Of a stretch of DNA of 64,000 nucleotides, positions 1 through 12,970 are shown one piece after another. The stretch comes from Eledone cirrhosa (Eukaryota). Both the position numbers and the translations under genes were made by a program. Every line of letters starts with the position of its first letter. Position 1 is the first letter of the stretch. The notes under the pieces are model-generated. The model was not told the DNA's origin. It was given only the letters and a program-made list of their open reading frames with translations, and did no database searches. The stretch spans positions 202,864,001-202,928,000 of the forward strand of contig OZ024743.1 of NCBI GenBank assembly GCA_964016885.1, read 5' to 3'.

Positions 1-107
1 CACTAAATCTTAAAATGTTGCTCATTACAAGCAATATGACAATACGACAAGTATGTTTTTTACTCAGTGAAAACGTAGAATCCCTTTATATTGACATACA
101 TATATAC

Positions 108-179
<72 letters not shown>

Positions 180-217
180 GTATATATATTTATATATATA
201 TTTATTTATTTATTTAT

Positions 218-362
218 TTATTTAAATAACAGATTACAGTTTAAGCAAAGAATCGCTGCTTTCACCCTTAACGGGATCTTCTGAATTATATATTTGATAT
301 ACATTTATCCTTATGGAGCCCTCTTTGGATTTTAGTCTCCCCATTTATTATTATTATTATAT
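218..362. mobile_element. PLE-derived mini-element, family B (inverted HHR-bearing arm plus 3' tail, in a (TA)n tract)
   Basis: The minus-strand arm matches the HHR region at 23792-23860 and the plus-strand tail matches 23895-23950. Flanked by (TA)n. Confidence 0.65.
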
Positions 363-446
363 ATATATATTTATATATATACGTATATATACACGCATAT
401 ATATATATATATCATATATATATATGTATATATATACATATATATA

Positions 447-548
<102 letters not shown>

Positions 549-567
549 TTATATATATAATATATAT

Positions 568-718
568 ATTTATTAAAATAAGAGATTAAAGTTTAAGCAA
601 AGAATCGCTGCTTTCACCCTTAAGATCCTGTTAAGTTATCTACGGTTCTTATATATTTGATATATATTTATCCTTATCGAGACTTCTTTGGATTTTAGTC
701 TTCAAATTTATTATTATT

Positions 719-722
<4 letters not shown>
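568..722. mobile_element. PLE-derived mini-element, family B, second copy
   Basis: Same arm (aaagaatcgctgctttcaccctt) and tail (ggattttagtcttcaaatttattattattac) as 218-362. Confidence 0.65.
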
Positions 723-779
<57 letters not shown>

Positions 780-782
<3 letters not shown>

Positions 783-974
783 CGAAGGAAATGTGGTAAG
801 GAACCAGGTGGACCATAACGCACCAAAGTACTCAATACTTAGGGTAGTAGAGTGGGTAATAGGAACGAGTAAGATCCCGATGGCTGAGCTCAAGCCGTTT
901 CGACGGCTAATTCAGTCCAGAATTGGCCGTCGAAACGGCTTGAGCTCAGCCATCGGGATCCTACTCGTTCCTAT
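780..974 (-). mobile_element. Fold-back mini-element of PLE family A (3' tail plus inverted half-HHR arms)
   Basis: 780-913 is the reverse complement of about 20500-20632. 859-974 is a near-perfect palindrome. Flanked by (TA)n. Confidence 0.85.
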
Positions 975-1176
975 ATGTATGTATATATATATATATATAT
1001 ACATATATATATGTTGTTATACTTTGGGAGGGTCATGTTGCCAATAAGAAACACACGCACCAGTTGCTTTCACTTCAATTTATTAGATATTTATAAATTT
1101 ATAAATTTACAAATTTACAAACCTATAAATTTCTGGTTGGTTGGTTGGTTCCACAACCAGATAGTTGTTTATATAT

Positions 1177-1221
1177 AGTCATAGTCCTTTCGTCACACAC
1201 TCTGTGACCTCTTCAGTGACT
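1177..1221 (-). ncRNA. Minimal type I hammerhead ribozyme
   Basis: AGUCA-CUGAAGA-G-GUCACA(gagug)UGUGAC-GAAA-GGAC-UA^UGACU. Stems I and II pair. Confidence 0.85.
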
Positions 1222-1408
1222 GGGGATTCCTTTCTTTGTTTCTGTGCCTTTCCTTTCTTCTATCCTACGCCATTTTGTTTCAGTGTCTGTGTGTGTTTGT
1301 GTTCATTTATCTATTTGTTTATTTATTTATTTATTTATTGTTGGTTGGTTGTTTGTTCTATGTGTGTGTGTGTTTTCATTTTGTCCTGTGTGTGTTTTCA
1401 TTTTGTCC

Positions 1409-2455
1409 TTAATTGTAAGTTGTGATGTTGCTGTTCCACTCATATTTTCTATTTAATTTTGGTTTTAATTCTTTTATGCTTACTGCCTCTGTAATTTGCC
1501 TAAACATTGCGTCTTTTCTGTGTGTGGATTCTATTTTTATTTCTATGTTCTCTAATCTACCCCTGTGTTCTATCTTAGCATGTTGGTAGAGCACAGATGA
1601 TTCTTTATTATCTTGGAGGTCTCGCCAGTGTTCATTTATTCGTTCTCCTATACTACGAGCTGTCTCACCTATGTACACTATATTTTTGTTTCTACATTGT
1701 CCTTCAGTACATCTTATGCTATACACTACATTTCTAGTTTTACAGTTAATATGGGGGCTTATTTTACAGGTTATACATTTCTTATCTATACATGAGGGTC
1801 TTTGGAACGGGTATGTCTTGCTAATAAGTGTTTTTACGGAGGTACCTGGTCTTTCTACTATCTTAATATTGAGATTATGTTTATTTAGGGCCCTTCTAAA
1901 TATGTAGGCTAGTTCGCCTCTAGGGGTTGTATTGATGAACATTACACTCTGGTATTTATTGCTATCATACCATGAGTTTATTCTATTGGCCTTGTTCCTA
2001 GTTCTTTCTATTCTATTCCAAAATTTGCTCATATACAAGGGGCAGGTCCCATTTATGTCATTATTTACCATTTTTTCCCATTTGGTTCTGGCTCCTTTAT
2101 ACACTCTGATTCTATCTCTCTGCTTGTAGCCAGAGAACTGCATACGGTGGATGAAGTGTTGTATGTGTCTCTCTAGTTCTTCGGGGTTGCACATGCGGGA
2201 CACATTTCTCATTACCCGTACCAAATCCGCAATCAGTATGTTGATTTTGGTATGGTCCGAAATGGCCGAGTTTCGGTGGATCAGATGTTTGGAAGTCATG
2301 GGTTTGGCATAATGGGAATGGAGGATTTGTTTTTGGTTGTTAATGGTATCTAACCAGAGCTCTGTGTCTAGTACAGGTAATCGATGGTTGGGGTGTCTAC
2401 TTGGGTAGTCTATAGTAACTCTAATGCTCTGGTGGATGGAGTTTGCTATTTGCTG
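1409..2455 (-). CDS. PLE polyprotein fragment: RT C-terminus, Cys-rich linker, GIY-YIG endonuclease
   Basis: The frame stays open upstream of the annotated Met (ANSIHQSIRVTIDYPS..LPVLDTELW..HSHYAKPM). Contains CxxC linker, NVVYSIRC..VYIGETARSIGERINEH and EAVSIKELKPKLNRKYEW. Confidence 0.9.
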   Translation of the reverse strand, partial: QQIANSIHQSIRVTIDYPSRHPNHRLPVLDTELWLDTINNQKQILHSHYAKPMTSKHLIHRNSAISDHTKINILIADLVRVMRNVSRMCNPEELERHIQHFIHRMQFSGYKQRDRIRVYKGARTKWEKMVNNDINGTCPLYMSKFWNRIERTRNKANRINSWYDSNKYQSVMFINTTPRGELAYIFRRALNKHNLNIKIVERPGTSVKTLISKTYPFQRPSCIDKKCITCKISPHINCKTRNVVYSIRCTEGQCRNKNIVYIGETARSIGERINEHWRDLQDNKESSVLYQHAKIEHRGRLENIEIKIESTHRKDAMFRQITEAVSIKELKPKLNRKYEWNSNITTYN

Positions 2456-2536
2456 ATATATATATATATATAATTACAACAGTGACATAAACAGGTACTT
2501 AAATTTCGTTGGGTGCTAGAGCTTAATTCATTCAGT

Positions 2537-2572
<36 letters not shown>

Positions 2573-2575
2573 CAT

Positions 2576-2652
<77 letters not shown>

Positions 2653-2702
2653 GATAGAGAGAGAGAGAGAGAAGTGGCAACACAATAGTTAGTTCACCAT
2701 AC

Positions 2703-2740
2703 CGAGAACAATTGTTTCACCTTAGCGGATCCTCAGCTCG
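2703..2740 (-). ncRNA. Minimal hammerhead ribozyme in a short PLE-like 3' end
   Basis: CGAG-CUGAGGA-U-CC(gcuaa)GG-U-GAAA-CAAUUG-UU^CUCG, with a palindromic stem III. Confidence 0.75.
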
Positions 2741-2811
2741 TACTGGTCATGGTTACCACTTCTACCTAACTCGTCTCATTGAGTGAGTGCTTTACGACTA
2801 CGGATATTACC

Positions 2812-2876
2812 GTCTCTCTCTCTATTTCTTTCTCTCTCTCTCTTTCTCTCTCTCTCTTACTCTCTCTCTCTCTCTA

Positions 2877-2912
<36 letters not shown>

Positions 2913-2932
2913 CTCTCTCCTATCTCTCTCTC

Positions 2933-2995
<63 letters not shown>
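2812..2995. repeat. (CT)n microsatellite
   Basis: Directly visible. Representative of very many (TA)n, (CA)n, (CT)n, (TACA)n and (GATA)n tracts in the window. Confidence 0.98.
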
Positions 2996-2999
<4 letters not shown>

Positions 3000-3321
3000 A
3001 TATATACATATATAAAAAAATAGTAAAAAGGAAAAAATACAGTAGAAAATGCTAGAGGCATTTTTTCAGTATAATATCAAAACATTCATTTATAAAGAGG
3101 GGATCTACACATTTAATCGTGGTAGCGGTTTCAGCATCATATGCTTTTTCAACGACGGAGGTGTTAAGTGGTGTTAAATTGCATATTTATATGAATAAAA
3201 ATAAAATGAATATAACATGCATATTAAGAAAGGAAAGTTCATGTTTCTGTCCGAGGCTCTCTTTCGTTCACTGTTAGATGACCAGCATAGGCGGTAGTAG
3301 TTTAATTTTTTGATTCCACCT

Positions 3322-3392
<71 letters not shown>

Positions 3393-3437
3393 ACATATAT
3401 ACCAGCATACACACACACACACACACGCACACACATA

Positions 3438-3521
<84 letters not shown>

Positions 3522-4259
3522 TAAACGTCACAACATCAAGAATACAGAATAGATATATTAAATAATTTAGATACATGGGAACCTCTGAAAAATTTGAATC
3601 TTTTGAGTTCGTTTTCGATATAAATTCAAATCTGTTTGAAACAGCTAACTGAATTGTTTGAAAGTAGAAAAGAAAACTTTCCTGAAATTAGATTTCTCAA
3701 TTTTACTGTGCATCTGTCTAAGACCTTTTCAACAAATTCTTCTGGGGAAAATCATCAAAGTCTTCTGAACGACTATTGATCAAGTTTATTGAACTTTAGA
3801 AGACAAGAAAGAAAGTCGAGTTTCGTATGCAATACTAAATCACTTATGGTCACTTCTTTTACTACTATCCATACATGGAATTTCCACAAGCTTTAGAAGC
3901 TTTCATATTTAAATCAATTTCGTTTTTATTTCCTAGACAACTACGAGAGATACGGCTTATAAATTCCCATGCTTCTATTTATAACCAAGTTTCATTCAAT
4001 GCATTATTTATTAGAAAGCTGTAACGATATTTCCTTACAGAAAGATCTAACGATACAATGATATGAAGATTTGTACATATAAAGATCTATGGACACAATA
4101 TATGTAGATATATAATGGATGTGAAGGTGCCTGTCTTAGCGATTAACGTACAAGGCTTATGATCGTATCGTCGTTAATTCGATTCCAGAACAGGCGGTGA
4201 GGGCACTTAATTTGTACGTGTACCTCCAGTCTACTCAGCTGCAGATAAAGGAGCTCCAA

Positions 4260-5350
4260 CAAGATTGGCCTAAAACTGTGAGTGTTCCAGGTCCTGGAAT
4301 CAATTCATATATTCTTCAATTTCTCCTTCAATGCAAATTTGAACCTTTTCTTTGGCAACTTCTCCATAATTTGCTTAGAAATAAGCTCAGTAGCCATGCG
4401 GACAATACATCCAGACTACCGCAGTTGGTTTGACAAAATTATTGGCAGAATGGAACAAATTCCTGGTGCAACTAAACATCACAGTCAGGTATGAACAAAT
4501 TCCATTTTATTTTCAGAATATGGCGTATTTTTGATGGAATCATTGTTGAAAGCGGTATTTGTGACACATCTAAGTGTCAGAAGAATACAGAAAAAAAGAA
4601 TATAAAACAAGATCTATCAACAGAAATTGTTGTTTTATTCTTGATATATCTTTGTGACAAAACCAAAGATTCTAATCTGCCGAAATATTTTGCTGCCTTT
4701 TGAATCCTTAGAGATATTCCTCTTTCGAATTTTCCATCTTTGTTCGCTGCATTCCTAAGTTATAAAAAGTGTTCAACAACCTTAAAATGATTACTGTTCA
4801 CATAAATGTTATATTGTTGCAAGATTTCTACCAGTGCATGTTGACATAAAACTACTGTTTTGTTTAAATTCATAATCAAACCAAAGATATCACCTGCCGA
4901 ATCAAATTCAGAAATCAACAATTGCAATTCATATTCAATACGACTGAAAAGATCACAGTCATCAGCATGACTCTTATTAGTGAGGTGAACTCTTTCTTTT
5001 TAAATATCATCCTTGCTAAATTAAAGATATTTCCTGTGAAACGATATTTTATATATACATTTTCATTGTTATTTTGGAAATCATGATAGAGCATGGCAAC
5101 AATATATATTGCAAAGCAAGTAGGTGCGTAATCGTTTGCTTCTTTTCACACTCTTTTCCACTGCAAACGTTTCAGAGTGTGTGCACAAACTTTTTCTCTG
5201 GCTTTCATGAAGAGCTTTCAATATATTTACAAACGTTTGAGGGCATCCAAATGTAAACCAATCATAAGATATCCCTATTCACTGAATCGAATACGTTACT
5301 GAGATGAACAAAATGGTAGAAAGCGAGGTTCTGTTAATTATATGCTTGCT
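4260..5350 (-). pseudogene. Decayed RTE-clade LINE reverse transcriptase
   Basis: Minus-strand peptides FGCPQTFVNILKALHE, HADDCDLF..FGLIMNLNKTVV and ISLRIQKAAKYFGRL, with stops and frameshifts. Confidence 0.75.
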
Positions 5351-5449
5351 GCAGTTATGTGATTGGGAGGTTCAAATTAGTAGTGAGTCTTTTCACAAGA
5401 AATCCAGATTGTCACTGTGATACGACTATTGGCACTATAAATGTATTTA

Positions 5450-5724
5450 GCCGTGTAATCACATGCGGTGGCTGTCGACATACCTATATAGGACAGATGG
5501 GTGTGTCATTACGCAAAAGAATGACCACCCATCGCCAACAAATCCGAGACGTAAACACAAGGAAAATCCCCTTAAGTTGCCACATTGCAGATTGTGCAGG
5601 AATGACTCTACCCAACTTTAAAATCTACCCCCTTTACAAGTGCTCCGATTCTTTCACTCAACAGCAAAGAATAAATAAGGTAAAACTATTTATTAACAAA
5701 TTTAAGCCAAAACTAAATATGTAA
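5450..5724 (+). pseudogene. PLE GIY-YIG endonuclease C-terminal fragment
   Basis: VITCGGCRHTYIGQ..LRKRMTTHRQQI..FINKFKPKLN*. Confidence 0.8.
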
Positions 5725-6094
5725 TCATCCGCCATTAGACACTCCCCTACACACACATACACCACAACATAAGAGAGGAACAATTACTCATTCCAGAAGG
5801 TTCCAGTTTGAGAGCCACTGCTCTGGTTGCTTTATTTTTCTTTTTAAATTAAACATTTTTTTTTATTTTCTTCATTTTTTAAAATTCTAGGAACTATTAG
5901 TTTTTGAGAATTTTCTGAATATTTGCAAAAAAAATATTTTTAATTTCCCACCACGAAGAGACCTGTGACAGATAGGCTGAAAAACATACACACACATACC
6001 ACAAACCTCCACACACACACACGTGTGTGTATTGTTATATATATATATACACACACCACAAAATAAGAGAGAAAAAAATTACTCATTCCAGAAG

Positions 6095-7199
6095 ACAAAG
6101 GAATTGGGAATAGGCTATGGAATGTTTGGTGTGGATTGGATGGGAGGAGGTGAAAGTCGAGATAAGATTGGGAGTAAGTTGGTTTAATGAAGATGGAAGT
6201 AGAGAGGGTGCAGTCAGAGTGATTAATAGTTAGAGAGATATCTAGAAAAACGACAGAAGAATCGGAGACGGAGGCGGTGAAATTGAGAGCTGGCTGGAAA
6301 GATTGAACAAAAGAAAGAAAACAGTCGAGCTGTTCTCGTGATAGAGAGGTGGCGATACAGTTGTCAATATAACGACCGTATAGCTCAGGAGTCGGTCCAG
6401 CGTACTGGGAGAAGATCTGGGCTTCGACGCAGCCAACAAACAAGTTGGCATATGTTGGACCCATTCTGGTCCCCATCGCTACCCCAGAGACCTGCTGGTA
6501 AAATTCACCCGAAAAAGAAAATCAATTAAGGGTGAGAACAAGCTCAGCCAGACGGAGAAGTGTGGTAGTGCTGGGGAAAGAGGTTGGGCGTAAATCTAAA
6601 AAGTGCTGGAGAGCGCGGAGGCCGTCATCATAAGGGATGACGGTATAGAGAGAAGTGATGTCCTAGGTAAAGAGAAGGCGGCAGGGACCAGGAGAGAAGG
6701 AGAAATAGTTGAAAAGTCTAAGGGCATGATTTGTATCGCGGATGTGGGAGGGGAAATTGCCGAGTATGGTGTCTAAATATTCAGAAATTATTTCCGTGGG
6801 GCAGTTGCACGCCGAAACGATAGGACGGCCATGATTATTTTGGTTGTGTATTTTGGGGAGGAAGTAGATGGTGGTGTGCGAGGGGTGCGTACAATAAGGT
6901 TGGTGGCTGTGGGGTATTTGAGAGGAGGTGATGAGCTTGTGGATGGTGGGTGACACGAGTTGTTGGTAGCCAGGAGTGGGGTCGGAGGATAAAGGGCGGT
7001 AAAATAGGTTATTGTGAAGTTGGCGGAGAGCCTCAGCCCTATAGAGGTCAGCGCTCCAAGCCACCGCAGCGCCACCTTTGTCAGCGGGTTTGATGACAAT
7101 GTCATCGCGACACCGAAGGTTGCGAAGTGCGGAGAACTCAGTTCGCTTGATGTTAGAGCGACGGTGGAAAGGGAACCGATTCACAGTACGCCGGCAAGT

Positions 7200-7200
<1 letters not shown>
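6095..7200 (-). pseudogene. PLE reverse transcriptase fragment (frameshifted)
   Basis: IVIKPADKGG, YFLPKIH..GRPIVSAC, DITSLYT, GVAMGTRMGPTYANLFV and RYIDN (decayed YIDD). Confidence 0.9.
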
Positions 7201-7273
<73 letters not shown>

Positions 7274-8104
7274 TGATATATATATTGATTGTAATCAACA
7301 CAATAATTGTTTCTACCATATATACAAGGGGGGCGTTTTACTCTGTTATATCCAAACCAGTATTTCATTGATACTTCAATTAATCGATTCCACAGGGATG
7401 AAAGGTCAAGTTGACCTGGGTAGGACTTGAATTCAGGGCGTAAAGGACGTAAGTCAAAGAATTACGTCCATCGCACACTACTGATATTGCTAATCGAATA
7501 AAAAAGATGAGGATTTCTGACATAAGCGCAAGATCACAAATTTGGGAAGAGATGAAATATCGACTACATTTATGATAATAATGATTTTTATTGCCTAAAT
7601 TGTGACGTATGGGTGAAAAATTACAGAAATCGTTCTATATCAAGTATGATTAAAAAAGTAATATTTTAACCACAATGATCAAAATCGATTTCCGGTCATA
7701 AGTTCTTCATTTCAGTTTGCTGCACATCGGTTCCGCTGCAATTCAGTTAAGTTGCACTTTTGTTACGCTAAATATAATCTCCACATATACCATTATGTTC
7801 ATAAACTTTTACGTTTCAGAATCTTTAACGGATTTTATCTATAAATTGATTACCCATGTGTCAACACCAGAGATCAATAGTCTTCTTTCATATATAAATT
7901 ACTCTCAACAACAATCATCGATTAAATTAAATTTACTTCATTTATTTGACGATGATATACACGTAGGGAGGCACAAGTGTACGGAGGAACATGATATATA
8001 TATATATTTAAGAGATGTCAACATGAATGGACCTGTTATTTTTATCTAAAACATTTTTTCCCATTCCAACCCGTCCGTCCCCTCAATCTATCTTATTTCT
8101 CATT

Positions 8105-8150
8105 CTTTCTTCTGATGAAGGACTAGCGTCCGAAAAGTTGAGGCCCTCTT
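8105..8150 (+). ncRNA. Hammerhead-like motif (same family as 54250-54290)
   Basis: CUGAUGA-A-GGAC(uagc)GUCC-GAAA. The 3' part is degenerate. Confidence 0.6.
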
Positions 8151-8224
8151 CCTGCTATATCAAGCCTTGACCTAATATATCCTTCCATATACTGTACCGA
8201 TTGTGTTGTTATTTCTGTTTACCA

Positions 8225-8795
8225 ATATATATATAAAACAGAGGATGTTTGTCTGTCTGTCTGTCTGTGTAAATCCCTACAACTCGAGAAGTACCCGACC
8301 TATTTTTTCAAAGTTTACACATGCGTTACATATATTTCTTGTAGTGCAATGGGCTAAACAAGTTTTAACTTTTTCTTCTCTAGCGCCGACATTAGGCGAA
8401 AAACCGCATTTTGGGGCATTTTTAGGCTTTTTTGAGGTGTAACTTAAAGATAATCTAGCCGATTTCCAGCCTATTTGAAGAAATGAGGAGGACATTAAAA
8501 TTGTTGTCGGCCCCTGCGTATGACTGGGTGCGAGTCTATAAAATTCGAAATGTACCTAACCGATTTTCTCCATATGGAAGAATAATACTCTGAGATTTAG
8601 TACGCTTAAAGAGTATCCAGCTGATTTTATTCATATTTGCACATGCATGCAGATGTTTCGCGATTCGTGCCTGCTGGGTTCTACGTTTCCACTAGATGAA
8701 CAATCATTCCCTGAGAATAAGGGAATTCAATCTTTGCATATGCGTGGTCTATTTCACGTTTCCCACCCTGTGTAACGCCCGGGTCCTGCAGCTAG
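8225..8795 (+). mobile_element. Non-autonomous Helitron
   Basis: 5' TATATATAAAA..(GTCT)n head. 3' GC-rich gtgtaacgcccgggt followed by CTAG-T. Confidence 0.7.
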
Positions 8796-8822
8796 TATAT
8801 ATATATATATATAGAGAGAGAG

Positions 8823-8875
<53 letters not shown>

Positions 8876-8907
8876 TACACGGGTGTGTATGATTGTGTAT
8901 ACAAGAT

Positions 8908-9295
8908 TATATTAATAAGAGGAATTCCAACTTTGTCTGATTTACTCGTTTTATTTACAATCCTTTAAAATTTATAATGGTATTATAATGAAATATTATG
9001 ATAGAATATTCAATGTTAAGTGTTGATTGAACAAGTACTTTCATGCTTTCGCAATCTTCAGGTTCATAATGTGTGGTGACAGTCAAGTTTGCAATTTTCA
9101 ACTGTGAAAATTGCAAACTTGACTGTCACCACACATTATGAACCTGAAGATTGCGAAAGCATGAAAGTACTTGTTCAATCAACACTTAACATTGAATATT
9201 CTATCATACTTTTTCATTACAATACCATTATAAATTTTAAAGGATTGTAAATAAAACGATTAAATCAGACAAAGTTGGAATTCCTCTTATTAATA

Positions 9296-9297
<2 letters not shown>
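8908..9297. mobile_element. About 390-bp fold-back element with an HHR in each arm
   Basis: Near-perfect inverted repeat centred on 9101-9104, ending in (TA)n. Confidence 0.9.
9139..9177 (+). ncRNA. Minimal hammerhead ribozyme (mirror copy at 9028-9066, minus strand)
   Basis: UGAAC-CUGAAGA-U-UGC(gaaa)GCA-U-GAAA-GUAC-UU^GUUCA. Confidence 0.8.
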
Positions 9298-9354
<57 letters not shown>

Positions 9355-9359
<5 letters not shown>

Positions 9360-9525
9360 GAAACGAAAAATCAGTGATAAATCTGAACTCAATTTATTGT
9401 GTGTTACAATTGTTTCGCCGGCGGACAGCTCGAGACACGATCATTGTGTGGATCTGTCTGATTCTGGATCCGCAGGTTCGATGGACACGTATAATGATTT
9501 CGGAGCAAATTGTCTCACTGTGGTG
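9355..9525 (-). repeat. Interspersed repeat, inverted partner of 10762-10922
   Basis: Shares about 160 bp, ending GAAACAATTGTAACAC..AATAAA..(TA)n, which resembles a PLE 3' end. Confidence 0.7.
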
Positions 9526-9907
9526 TTAGCGTCAAAAACATTCTCTTCGCGCGTCCTGTTATTGGCTGGTGTTTTTCTACGTCATCGTAATCTGACCAAC
9601 AGGTGTCATTCGACTGAACATCAGCTGTCCCTTTCTGCCACACTTCGATGAATTGCTACTGGGTTTGGTAGTTCACACGTGCACGCGTGCACGCGCGCAC
9701 TCACACACACACACACACACACACACCCCCACACCCACACCCCCCCCACACACACACACACACACACACAGATAACAACATCCATACGCATAGACCCCCG
9801 CTATACACACACACTTAAGGAGAACATATAACAAAATATAGACATACGCATACACAGACGCCTGCCTACTTGCCCATATACAGGCACAGATACAGACTCG
9901 CTCACAA

Positions 9908-9998
<91 letters not shown>

Positions 9999-10147
9999 TG
10001 TATATACATATATACACACACACAAACAACCCCTTTCCCTACATTGGGTGCTTGTACACACACCCACACACAGACTGGCTCATATACACTCTTACAAATA
10101 TGCGCATATTCACATACAGGCCCATGCACGCCTACAAAGATATATAC

Positions 10148-10212
<65 letters not shown>

Positions 10213-10761
10213 AAGATGATATATACACAAAGTCATATAAAGATACACAATGGGTCATACGATGGGTCATACATGAAATGATGCATCTTGCTATAAGCAT
10301 ACACATATATAAACAATATAACCATACACACACATATATGCACATACATATATCTGCATATATATATACATCTATATATACACATACGTATATACACATA
10401 TATAAAATAAATATGCAATATATTAAAAGTATAGATATAACGTCACATAGAGATATATAAAAAAGAAGGAGGAACGTGTATGCGTATGAGACAGTACACA
10501 GGAGAAGCTTGAGATAGACAAAAAATATATGTGTTACAAGATGGAGTATGGACTCTCTATTGAAAAGATACACATGCATGGGGGTGCGTGGACCGGCCTT
10601 ACTGGAGTATGTTACTGTGGTTGAGATATATTGTCCTATAGGTGTAATGCATTTGACTGAAAGTCAGTGGAATCCGGGTCAACCTGCCTCGGCTCAGGCG
10701 ATGTTCTTGCCTAGGGTGACGTACAGAGGCGGGTATGCATCCCGGGTTATTTCGGTTTACC

Positions 10762-10922
10762 CCAGTGAGAGATTTTGCTCCGAAATCATTAGACGTGTCC
10801 GTCGAACATGCGCATCCAGAATCAGACAGATCCACACAATGATCGCGTCTCGAGGTGTCCGCCGGCGAAAAAATTGTAACACAATAAATTGAGTTCAGAT
10901 TCATCACTGATTTTTCGTCTTA
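10762..10922 (+). repeat. Interspersed repeat, partner of 9355-9525
   Basis: Reverse-complement similarity seen directly. Confidence 0.7.
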
Positions 10923-11850
10923 TATTATATCATACTCGATAATTACCCTAAATGTATATACACTTACTGTATACCTATACCTAATATATACATATATAAC
11001 AAGCGCAAGCAATCATCGAAAAATTCGCATGGAAAACCATTGCAACAATACAATCAGCATCCAGTTGACAAGACCGTCGGATTCCTAACTCGTAAAAGTT
11101 GCATTCAGAAAAACCGAGCCAATCATATATATGTATGTATAAAGCAAGGTCGATAAAGCAAGTTCAAATATATACGGAGATCCATTTCCACTGTGCATTT
11201 CTTTTTTACTTCCTCTCTTTCACTTTCTATGTTACGCTGGAAGAAATCTTCCCAAGTAACGCTGTATGCCATTTCGGCGCTCCTACGCTCCATCGGGAGT
11301 TACAGAACGATACCATACCTACATATACTTCAATACATACAGAAGCATACAGCGATTCAAGTGGGTTTTTCACAAACATACGCATATACGGATTCTTGAA
11401 TTGCCTCCACAAATGCAAATTAATATAAGTATTTTTCTATGCTTCATTACCTAAAAATACATTTAGATATTTTTTTTATTAAAATATACATATATACATA
11501 TAAATACAACGATATATATGCGTGTGTGTGTAGCTTACAGACACGCAAACACCTCCTATGTATAAATATAGAGAAATAGCGCTATACATAGAGAGGGAGA
11601 GGAGGCGATAGGGAGGGAGAGAATAGAAGTGATGTGAAGGAAAGAAACGTTATAAAATATATAAATATTGATCAACACCAGATGGTGATTAAGTTTAATT
11701 CATATACCTCAGCACACACAAATACATGAAATGATGTATATAAATATAAATCTAACGATCTCTCTCTCTATATATATATATATATGTCTGTGTATGTGTG
11801 TGCGTATAGGTATATACATACACACGCACACACACATATATATATGCATA

Positions 11851-11883
<33 letters not shown>

Positions 11884-11884
11884 G

Positions 11885-12027
<143 letters not shown>

Positions 12028-12079
12028 AATACATATATATATATAAATAAACATGTATACATATATATATATGAATATG

Positions 12080-12162
<83 letters not shown>

Positions 12163-12384
12163 CACACACACACAATATGTTTATGATTCTACATTCATTT
12201 TCACTGACTTTTAATCAATAAGATTAAAATATATCGATGTTTCTGAAAACATCTCTCTGGTATATAAGTAAATTTCTTCATTTAACCTAATAAATTTCTT
12301 CTGAAATGTAATAGCAATACAACCAACACCGCACCACTATACCCATCATATATCCTACTATCAACTGTAACAATAGCATTGCCT

Positions 12385-12625
12385 TAGGGCTACCTGTCTA
12401 CTCAACTCCATAGGCGCTGAGCTGGTAGCCGCAGGTGTTAGCTTCGCGAGATAGAATGGCTCTTCCAGCGCATCTCCCTCACCATTATATGGAGAAACAC
12501 CTTTCTCTATTCTGTCCGCCGGGGCCGTGGAACAGCCAGTATGTGGGACCCCATTTTCTCATAATAGTGCAAGATGGGGAGGTCGATGACCGTGAGAGTT
12601 TGGCTTCTCAGTGTCCGGACCATGT
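12385..12625 (+). mobile_element. CRE-like LINE 3' fragment
   Basis: Similar to 23225-23365 (ataggcgctgagctgg..ctgtccgccgggg). Confidence 0.75.
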
Positions 12626-12669
12626 GTACATGTATGGATATGTTTACTTCTATTCACCCTTCATAAAAA

Positions 12670-12970
12670 TTACCTCAACTATGACCAACATTGTCACGAG
12701 CATATTCAACAATACCACCAACGGGCCAACCTGCACCAACACCACCTCCACCGTTACTAATAACAGCATCGCCACCGCCACCATCACCACAACGCCCCAC
12801 TAGCATCACCATCGTCAGTAACATTACGACAATCGCCTCCAGCAACACCACCGCCACTATCAGCACACTGCCGCACAATCATCACGACCACCAGTAACAT
12901 TACGACAACCACCAGCACCTCCCACATGACTACTATTTACATCACTACCACCACCGTCAATACCAGTAGC
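12670..12970. repeat. Degenerate (ACC)n/(CAN)n low-complexity tract
   Basis: Trinucleotide-periodic C/A-rich sequence. Confidence 0.8.

Larger units (their letters stand above)
1013..2455 (-). mobile_element. 5'-truncated Penelope-like retroelement (Neptune-like) with 3' UTR/pLTR
   Basis: RT-thumb, Cys-linker and GIY-YIG ORF followed by a 3' UTR containing an HHR. Both ends abut (TA)n. Confidence 0.9.

Noticed and set aside
3560-4060. Minus-strand KACGNSMYG resembling a family B DNA polymerase motif
   Set aside because: An isolated short match amid stop codons, with no other motifs seen.
12435-12897. Thr/Pro-rich mucin-like ORFs
   Set aside because: A degenerate (ACC)n tract fused to a CRE fragment.
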